Source: a virus
Taxonomy: Duplodnaviria > Caudoviricetes
IMG/VR virus record: IMGVR_UViG_3300044209_000010
Coordinates: 1-36,272 of that record
Direction: 5' to 3' (one strand)
DNA: 36,272 nt
Shown: positions 1 to 6,757 of the stretch, in pieces
How positions within the stretch are numbered: the first letter of the stretch is position 1
Layout of the letters: the number at the start of each line of letters is the position of its first letter
Position numbers and translations under genes: made by a program
Notes under the pieces: generated by a model
Told to the model about the DNA's origin: nothing
Databases searched by the model: none
The model's input: only the letters and a program-made list of their open reading frames with translations

Positions 1-3
1 GAG

Positions 4-192
4 TTAATCCGCCGAGTCGCGCTCGATCAGTTGCCGCAGCGCGCGATGCCCCTGCTTCATGCTGGCGAGCAGGTGCGCCACCCTGCCGGGGCACGCAGCG
101 CAAGCCCGCTCGATCTGCTGCAACTCACCGATCCACAGTTCGAGGCTGCCGACCACGCCACGCAGGATCAGCGCCGATTTCTCCGGCGTCAT
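4..192 (-). CDS. Hypothetical protein (62 aa, helical)
   Basis: ATG at 192 overlaps the stop of 189..422 (ATGA); starts MTPEKSALIL. Confidence 0.6.
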   Translation of the reverse strand: MTPEKSALILRGVVGSLELWIGELQQIERACAACPGRVAHLLASMKQGHRALRQLIERDSAD

Positions 193-422
193 TCGTCTGG
201 CGGCTTGTCGGCCGGCGTCTCGTAGACCGCTTCGCCCTCCATCCGGGCCAGCCGGCACAACGAAAGCTTGAACATCTCCATGTCGCGCAACAGGCTCAGG
301 CTCCGGACGCGGTTTCCGGGGGTGGCGTGACTGGCGATTTCCTCCAAACGCTCCTCCCAATTGCCGACGTTCTGCAAGATGGCGGTGATAAGCCGCCGCG
401 CCCGCTCGCCCTCCAGCGGCAC
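189..422 (-). CDS. Hypothetical protein (77 aa)
   Basis: GTG start immediately follows the lysozyme stop; coupled to the next gene. Confidence 0.6.
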   Translation of the reverse strand: MPLEGERARRLITAILQNVGNWEERLEEIASHATPGNRVRSLSLLRDMEMFKLSLCRLARMEGEAVYETPADKPPDE

Positions 423-875
423 CTAGCGCCCGCGCGGAACCGGCGTCAGGAACAGATCCCGCTCCGCCGCCCTGCGCCTGACAAGACCACTCAAAACCTG
501 CCCCCCACTATGGCAAAATCGCGGCATCTGATCCGCCGCTCCCCGGAAATCCTTGCTGTTCAGCAACCGCAGCAGCGTGGAATTCTCCAGCGTCCGCAGT
601 CCAAGATTGTAGGAAAATGAAACCAACGCCGCGAACATGTTGTCATTCAGCGGCACTTTGACCAGCCGGCTCACCCCCTCCTCGAACTTCCGCAGATCGG
701 CGTCGAACCTCGCCTCTACCTGCTCCATCGTCCATTCCGTTGACGCCACCACGTCGGGACCCGTGGAGCCCCGGCCGCATGTCCAAATCCCTCTTGGGCA
801 GCGATAAGCCTTTGTGCGGCAGCCTTCGAAATCGCAAATCAGCTTTCGCCCGGCCGCGTTGATCCTGCGCGTCAA
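423..875 (-). CDS. Endolysin, GH24 (T4/P21-like) lysozyme
   Basis: FEGCRTKAYRCPRGIWTCG catalytic region, ALVSFSYNLG and GLVRRRAAERDLF; probable TTG start at 875 overlapping the upstream stop. Confidence 0.9.
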   Translation of the reverse strand: MTRRINAAGRKLICDFEGCRTKAYRCPRGIWTCGRGSTGPDVVASTEWTMEQVEARFDADLRKFEEGVSRLVKVPLNDNMFAALVSFSYNLGLRTLENSTLLRLLNSKDFRGAADQMPRFCHSGGQVLSGLVRRRAAERDLFLTPVPRGR

Positions 876-1360
876 TTCCTGCTCCGTCGTCTGAAAAAGC
901 AATGCGCGCCATGAACGGCCCGCCTCTCGAACGTCCGCATCCATGGCGGCTGCGGCCGCAGATCGCAGCGGGCGAAGTGCGTCGAGCCATTCGAACTGTC
1001 CCCACCTTCGCCGAGGAGCGCCTGCACCGTCGCCAGCAGCGCGCGGAGGTAAGCTATTGAGGTTTCGTCCAGCGGCGCGGGCTTGGCGTACTGGTACGGC
1101 CGCAGGATGACTTTGGTGATCGTCTTGCCGTAGGTTTCCGGTTCACGCAGCCGGTTGATGACGGTCCAGGCCACGGCCCGTTGCCCGGATGCTGGTTCGC
1201 CGGTCGTCTCGGCCGCGACGACGCGCACCAGCAAGGACAACTCGCCCGGCCGCAGCTCCGCGCCCTCAGCCGGCCGCGCCGCATGAACGAAGACCATGGC
1301 GATGCCGACCACGATCCACACCGCCGCCAGGGCGATGAATACCCCGTGCAGCCAGCGCAC
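872..1360 (-). CDS. Cell-wall hydrolase (SleB/Hydrolase_2 family) with N-terminal transmembrane segment
   Basis: LVRVVAAETTGE..GQRAVAWTVINR..YQY..GSTHF..HCFF pattern; hydrophobic N-terminus. Confidence 0.8.
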   Translation of the reverse strand: MRWLHGVFIALAAVWIVVGIAMVFVHAARPAEGAELRPGELSLLVRVVAAETTGEPASGQRAVAWTVINRLREPETYGKTITKVILRPYQYAKPAPLDETSIAYLRALLATVQALLGEGGDSSNGSTHFARCDLRPQPPWMRTFERRAVHGAHCFFRRRSRN

Positions 1361-1382
1361 AGGTCAGCCCTGCGACCAAGCT

Positions 1383-1487
1383 TTAGCTTGGCGCATACGC
1401 CAGCAGGAAGCCGTAGACCACCAGCGCGACAAGCGCCACCACGCCGAGGTACGCCAGCGCGGCGACGCCTTCGTTGCGGCGCTTCAT
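1383..1487 (-). CDS. Small single-TM protein (34 aa), holin/antiholin candidate
   Basis: MKRRNEGVAALAYLGVVALVALVVYGFLLAYAPS*; ATGA overlap with the upstream gene; below the ORF-track cutoff. Confidence 0.6.
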   Translation of the reverse strand: MKRRNEGVAALAYLGVVALVALVVYGFLLAYAPS

Positions 1488-3523
1488 TCGTTCGTCGCCA
1501 GCCCCTGCCCGATCAGGTTCGCAGTGCCGGCCGTCCCCGCACCCAGCAAGCCCATGCCCGCCCGCGCCCGCTGTTCAACCTGCGCCTGCCGCCGCTGAAG
1601 CTCGGCAAGCACTTGGGCTTGAACGGCACGATCCGATGTGAACAGCATTTGCGATAGCTGCTCCGTGGTCGCTTCATTCAATCCGCGCGTCCGGTTCATG
1701 GCCCGGTTGAACAGCCCAAGCGTCGCCCCCCCGGCCCCGCCGTTGACATAATCGACGGCGACGTTTGCCAGATTGCCCGCGTCCTCCTGCTCCGCATTGA
1801 TCCTGCTGGTCACGCTGTTGCCGGTCACCGCCTGCCGCGTCTGCGCCATGCGGATCTCTTCATTCATGCCCTTTTCGAAGGCGTCGAAACTCCCCTGGTC
1901 GGGGAATAGCGCCCGCAGTCGGGTCCGCTGGCCCTTGCTGCCGAAGATCCTCGGCACGGCGTTATGCGTGTCGCGGGTGTTCTCGACCTTGCCGGCCAGT
2001 TCGCGCGCCACGCCGAGGCGGAAAGCGTCCTGATCCCCCGGCGACAGGCGGCGGAACCTCTCAAGCGTCACTTCCGCATCGCCGCTGGCGTACTGCCGGC
2101 CCAGCCGTGCCGCTTCCATCGTCTGCGTTGGGCCGCCCCACGCCGCCCGCGCCTCTGCGTATTTCGGGTTGATGGCATCGACCGATTTGACGAACCGCGC
2201 GCGGGTCTGGTTGATCGCCTTGCCGCTTTCGTCCAGCACCAGCTTGCCGGTCGTCGTGTCGCGGAACTGCTCGACCACGTCATCCAGCCCGCGCTTGACG
2301 TAATCCAGCGTCTGCATGTTGGCTGCGGTCTTGTTGATCTTCACGTTGCCATCGGCGTCCAGATCAAGTCCCAGCCCGGTCGGGTCGCGCCCTTCCTCCG
2401 CCGCGATGCCGTGCGCCCGCTTCAGCGCGCTTCGCGTCGAGGGCCGGTCAAGCAGCGTTTCGATGGTGGCGTTCCAGACCAGCGGCTGGGCATACGCTTC
2501 GTCGTAGAGCGGTGCGGCTGTCGCCCGGCGGGTCCGGTCAAGATCGTCCAGCGTCTGGTGAAAATTGCCGGGGCTGAGGTGCGTGGTGATATCCTCGGTG
2601 ACCCGGTCAACCTGATCCGCCTGCCGCTCGTTGAGGAACTGCTTGGCCTGATTGCTGCCCTTGCCGGGGATCGTTTCCACCACCCGGCCCAAGCGCGTGG
2701 CGCTGTCCCCCGCGCTGTCCACGATGCCGTACGGCTTTGTGGTGCCGCTCAGCGTCGATTGCACGGCGCCCGGCGTCGTCTCGTCCCGCACCAGCGCCCG
2801 ATTGAGTTGATCAAGCGCCGTATTGCGAGGGTTGTTCAGACCGAACAGGTTTATGCCCTTGCCGACGATCTGGTTGCCGACAGCCCCGACCGCCGGCAGC
2901 GCGCCGCCGAACAGCCCGCCCAGCGCCGCGCCCTGTCCCGCCGAGGCTATGCGGTTCTCGAAGCCGCCCTCGCCCGCGCCGAAGCCGCCCAGCGCGCCGT
3001 AGCCGGCTCCCGTCGTCGCCGCCGTGCCGATGGCGCGCGGGATGCTTGGCGCCGCCACCACCGCTTTGGCCGCCGGCCCGCCCGTCGCCAGTCCGCCGAC
3101 GATGTTCGCCGTCGTGCTCGCTACCGGGTGTTCTTCCGCGAATTGCTTCTCCCGGCCCCGGATATCGGCCAGCGCCCGGTCATAGTTGCCGGAGAGATCC
3201 GCGTCCTTGCCCTGGATCAGGTTGGTTGCGCCGCGCGCCAGTGCCCGCCCGCCTGCGCCAAGCTCGTCAGCGAAGCCGAAAGTCAGCCCCTGCGTCGCCG
3301 CGTCCGCCGTCCCGCCGACGAAGTTGTTGATGCCGCCGAGCAAGCCGCGATCCGGCGGCGCATTGACGTTCAGCGGGTCCGGCGCCGTGAAGCCGATCTT
3401 GTCGTGAAACTCCGCCAGCGGCATGTCGGTATAGAATTTCTGATGCAGCGCGCCCGCCAGGTCCGCGTCGGACATGTCGTTGTACTGCGGGAATTTCTCC
3501 CGCACCTCGGCAATCGTCGTCAT
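1484..3523 (-). CDS. Internal virion / DNA ejection protein (679 aa)
   Basis: N-terminal EVREKFPQYNDMSD motif, Gly/Ala-rich TFGFADEL segment, long helical body; last gene of the ejection cluster. Confidence 0.7.
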   Translation of the reverse strand: MTTIAEVREKFPQYNDMSDADLAGALHQKFYTDMPLAEFHDKIGFTAPDPLNVNAPPDRGLLGGINNFVGGTADAATQGLTFGFADELGAGGRALARGATNLIQGKDADLSGNYDRALADIRGREKQFAEEHPVASTTANIVGGLATGGPAAKAVVAAPSIPRAIGTAATTGAGYGALGGFGAGEGGFENRIASAGQGAALGGLFGGALPAVGAVGNQIVGKGINLFGLNNPRNTALDQLNRALVRDETTPGAVQSTLSGTTKPYGIVDSAGDSATRLGRVVETIPGKGSNQAKQFLNERQADQVDRVTEDITTHLSPGNFHQTLDDLDRTRRATAAPLYDEAYAQPLVWNATIETLLDRPSTRSALKRAHGIAAEEGRDPTGLGLDLDADGNVKINKTAANMQTLDYVKRGLDDVVEQFRDTTTGKLVLDESGKAINQTRARFVKSVDAINPKYAEARAAWGGPTQTMEAARLGRQYASGDAEVTLERFRRLSPGDQDAFRLGVARELAGKVENTRDTHNAVPRIFGSKGQRTRLRALFPDQGSFDAFEKGMNEEIRMAQTRQAVTGNSVTSRINAEQEDAGNLANVAVDYVNGGAGGATLGLFNRAMNRTRGLNEATTEQLSQMLFTSDRAVQAQVLAELQRRQAQVEQRARAGMGLLGAGTAGTANLIGQGLATNE

Positions 3524-5340
3524 CGGCGGATGCCCAGCGGGTCAGGAGCGTCCCCGCCCGGCGGCTTCATCTCGAAGTCCGGCTTTGCCGGCCCGGCCGC
3601 CTTCACCATGTTGCGCACGGCCATTTCGCGGGCTTGGCGCTTCTGCTTCAGCACGGCCTCGCTGTCTCCCGGCTGCGGGAAATACTGCTTGTCCGCGTTC
3701 TCGAACTCGCTTTCACCGATGGCCGCGCCGCTCTCCCGACGAAGCTGAGCGTTGATGAACTCGCGCTTGGCCTGGTCATACTGCTGGTATTCATCGGACA
3801 TGGCGTAGTTGCCGAGCAGCGGCACGTTGCCGAGGTTCCGCTCCAGCGCACCGGGGCCTGTCCAGCCCTTCGCTTCAAGCTGGTCAAACGTGGAGTTGGC
3901 GGCGTTCAGGCGGTTGGCGAAGCCGGCGGCTAGTGACTGCTCGTTGTTCGGCGTCGGAGCGCCCTCGCGGAGTTGGGTCACGCGCGGGTTGGGCGGGGGC
4001 TGCGCTCCGGGAGGCTGTGCGGGAGGCGAGGTCACGGCAGGTCCGGGCGGCGGCGACTGGGGGGCCGGCGCCGGCTGCGGCATGCCCGGCAGCGGCTGCG
4101 GCGACACTTCGGCAAACCCGCCGTTCGCAGTCGGGACCACGCGCGGTTTCATCAAATGCCGTTCCGACAACTGCAGCAACATGGTTTCCTGCGGGTTCAG
4201 CGGCTGGCCGCTCACCTGCTTCTGCGACAGCGTCACATAAGTATTGTACATCTGCGCGTCGATGCCGGTCCCCTCCAGCGGCCCGCTCTGGTCCACGCCG
4301 CCCGGTGACTGGATGAACTGCTTCGTCTGCGTGTCGTAGACCTGCTTGCCGACCACCTTGTACCGATCCGCGTCGGACGTCGGCGCCAGCGCCTTCTTCG
4401 CGCTCGCGAACTTGTACAGGTTGTCGAATTCGCTGCCCAGCCGCTGCTGCCGCGCCTCTTCGCCCGCCATGGCACCACGGGTCAGGCCGCCGCCGAGCGC
4501 GCCGAGCAGTTCGCCGATGCCGACTTTCCGGTCCCGGACCCCCGCCAGCGGACTGACCGCGCCCAGCGCGCCCGCCATCATGTAGCCGCCCTGGCTCATC
4601 TGCGGCCGCTGTGTTTTCGGGTCCAGCAACTGCTGCATCACGCCGTTCAGCCTGTCGTTGATGCCGAGCCCAGCGCCAAGCTCGCTTGGCGCTCTGTCGG
4701 TCTGCGTCGTGCCCGGCAGTGCTGCCGGATCTGTGCGCGGCGGCTGGCTCGGCTCCTGCCCGACGTTGAGCAAGCCGCCCAGGCCCTCGTAAAAGTTGTT
4801 CTCGTCATCAACCTCAAGCAGCCCGGTCAGGGACTGGCCCGGCCGGGCCGCCCCGAACATCGGCCCCATGCCGGAAGTCTGCCCCGGCCTCGGCCGCGTC
4901 AACCCTGGTGCCACATCGCCCCCCTGTCCCTGATCGAAGATCCCAAGCGCGGCATTCACTTTCGGCAGGTACGCCGCCGTCTCGGCCGGCACCGTCGCGG
5001 TCCCGTTGCGCACCCGCATGGCCCGCCCCGGCCCCATGTTGTACGCCTGCGTCGCCTCGTCCCAGTTGCCGAACTGGTCGTACATCTCGCCGAGGTACGC
5101 GGTCCCGGCGAAGATGTTGTTCGTCGGGTCGAACCTGTCCGGCCCGAGGCCGTGGCGCTTGGCGAGGTCCTGGTACGTCGGGGCCATGACCTGCATGAGC
5201 CCGGCCGCGCCCTTCGGCGACACCGCGTCGGCCCGCCCGCCGCTCTCGACGCCCATCACGGCGCGGATGCGTTCTTCCGGCACCCCGAAGCGCCTCGACG
5301 CCGAGGATATGATCGGATCGTATCGATTGATCATCACCAT
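3520..5340 (-). CDS. Virion-associated lytic transglycosylase (SLT) / ejection protein
   Basis: VESGG..AVSPKGAAGLMQVM..AYNMGPG..ETAAYL SLT motifs at the N-terminus; Pro-rich linker. Confidence 0.85.
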   Translation of the reverse strand: MVMINRYDPIISSASRRFGVPEERIRAVMGVESGGRADAVSPKGAAGLMQVMAPTYQDLAKRHGLGPDRFDPTNNIFAGTAYLGEMYDQFGNWDEATQAYNMGPGRAMRVRNGTATVPAETAAYLPKVNAALGIFDQGQGGDVAPGLTRPRPGQTSGMGPMFGAARPGQSLTGLLEVDDENNFYEGLGGLLNVGQEPSQPPRTDPAALPGTTQTDRAPSELGAGLGINDRLNGVMQQLLDPKTQRPQMSQGGYMMAGALGAVSPLAGVRDRKVGIGELLGALGGGLTRGAMAGEEARQQRLGSEFDNLYKFASAKKALAPTSDADRYKVVGKQVYDTQTKQFIQSPGGVDQSGPLEGTGIDAQMYNTYVTLSQKQVSGQPLNPQETMLLQLSERHLMKPRVVPTANGGFAEVSPQPLPGMPQPAPAPQSPPPGPAVTSPPAQPPGAQPPPNPRVTQLREGAPTPNNEQSLAAGFANRLNAANSTFDQLEAKGWTGPGALERNLGNVPLLGNYAMSDEYQQYDQAKREFINAQLRRESGAAIGESEFENADKQYFPQPGDSEAVLKQKRQAREMAVRNMVKAAGPAKPDFEMKPPGGDAPDPLGIRR

Positions 5341-5669
5341 CAGATAACCCGCGCGGGGACTGTCGGCTTAAGCCGACAGAGGAAGCGCGGCCCCCTGTGA
5401 TTTGAGGTAAAATCATCGAACACGGCCGGATAGTCCTCTGAAGCTGAAATTGCTCTTGGGCGTTGATGCCGGTGCGGCTCTTGGGTCTTTGACATCGTGG
5501 AGTTCATGCGGTTGGACGGGATAGCCCCGTCCGTAAAACTCAATGCGACCAAGAGAGAAACACACGGGCTTTTGCCCAAGGGCCAGGAGCGGGCCTTGTA
5601 GCGCCAACGTGAGACAGTGGTCTGTGCGTTGCTACAGAAGCCGTCTCGTTTACGGGACGGATTGTTCAC
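5341..5669 (+). mobile_element. Non-autonomous IS200/IS605-family element (PATE/MITE-like, 329 bp), no tnpA or tnpB
   Basis: Left-end hairpin CTGTCGGC-TTAA-GCCGACAG (5360-5379) preceded by guide GGGA at +16..+19, with target CCAT at 5337-5340; right-end guide GAAG plus hairpin CCGTCTCG-TTTA-CGGGACGG (5641-5660), ending TCAC at 5669. Confidence 0.8.
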
Positions 5670-5689
5670 CCCAGCAACCCCCCGGTCCC
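5570..5689 (+). ncRNA. Putative TnpB-type omegaRNA (reRNA) scaffold plus flanking guide
   Basis: Nested stems TGTAGC(GC)CAACG..CGTTGCTACA and AGAC-AGTG-GTCT lead directly into the right-end hairpin, the layout of IS605/IS1341 right-end RNAs; the 5' boundary is approximate. Confidence 0.6.
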
Positions 5690-6757
5690 GGAGCGGCCGC
5701 GCCAGATGTAATCGTACAGCAGGTTCTGGGCCGGGTCCTTCCAGGCGGCGCGGTCGTCCCCCTGGCTCTGCCCGGCCAGCGGCACGATCTGCCCTGCCGG
5801 ATTGAGGGTGTACCCTGGGGGCGGCGCCTGGCCGACCGTCTCGGCCGCGGGCGGCCCGGACGCCTGCTGCAGCCTGGCGTCGATCTCGTTGAGGTTATGG
5901 CTCTGCTGCTGGCCGCCGCTGTTGTGGCCGCTCCGCGCCGCATCTTCGGCAGCGCTGGCGGCTTGCGTCGCGGGCGACGACGCCCGGCCCATCGCCGCAC
6001 CGATCCCCATCATGGCGCTCATCGGCTGCCCGGCCAGGAAGCCCGCCATGGTGCCCATGATGCCCGGCCCAACAGCGCTCGGCGCGCCGTAGCGGCCCGG
6101 AGCCTTGACGCTCGGCTTGAAATACTCCTGGACCAGCCGCGCCAGCGTGTCGCGCGGCGCGTACTGCTTCATGCTCATGCCCTCGGGCATGAAGCTCGGC
6201 GCCGCCAGCAGGCTCTCGACGGCGGGCATGGTCATGGGGTCATAGGCGCGATAGCCAAGTTGCCCGCTCCGGCCGCCGCCGCCGCCGTACCCGATGCTGT
6301 CCTCCCTGCCCCTCGGCCCCATGCTGGGATCATCGGTCCAGTTGCCGAAGCTGGTGTTGCCGCCAACGTCCATGCCACCATAGCTCTGCCCCGGCCCGGT
6401 GCCCTCGCTGCCGTTGCCTGGCCCGCCGACACCGTTGTCGCCGCCCTCGCCGCCGCCGCCGCCCGCCGTGCTGTACTCCAGCAGGCCGCTCAGCGGGTTG
6501 ACGGTGCCCGAGCCGCCGCGCGCCTTGAGCAGCGCCGCCTCGGCCGGGATCAGCCGCGTCACCCGGTCGTCGCCGCGCCGTCCGGCCTCGGCCAGCAGGC
6601 CGCGCGTGACCACCGCGCCGTGAGCCTCCGGCATCAGCTTGCCAAGCAGCCGGTCCTCACGCTCGTTGATGTGCGCGGGATCGCCAGCGTGTTTCAGCGT
6701 CGCGGCGTCCTCGGCATCGCGCCGCGTCGGCCGTGATTTCTTGAGCTTGCCCGTCAT
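5666..6757 (-). CDS. Putative internal virion protein (363 aa)
   Basis: GRRGDD..EAALLKARGGSGTVNPLSGLLEY motif, Gly-rich; lies in the ejection cluster; its stop codon comes from the IS right end. Confidence 0.7.
   Translation of the reverse strand: MTGKLKKSRPTRRDAEDAATLKHAGDPAHINEREDRLLGKLMPEAHGAVVTRGLLAEAGRRGDDRVTRLIPAEAALLKARGGSGTVNPLSGLLEYSTAGGGGGEGGDNGVGGPGNGSEGTGPGQSYGGMDVGGNTSFGNWTDDPSMGPRGREDSIGYGGGGGRSGQLGYRAYDPMTMPAVESLLAAPSFMPEGMSMKQYAPRDTLARLVQEYFKPSVKAPGRYGAPSAVGPGIMGTMAGFLAGQPMSAMMGIGAAMGRASSPATQAASAAEDAARSGHNSGGQQQSHNLNEIDARLQQASGPPAAETVGQAPPPGYTLNPAGQIVPLAGQSQGDDRAAWKDPAQNLLYDYIWRGRSGTGGLLG

Noticed and set aside
5334-5337. TCAC as the IS target site or a target-site duplication
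   Set aside because: The IS608-type pairing rule with guide GGGA predicts CCAT, the +16..+19 spacing fits a start at 5341, this family makes no duplications, and a TCAC TAM would self-target
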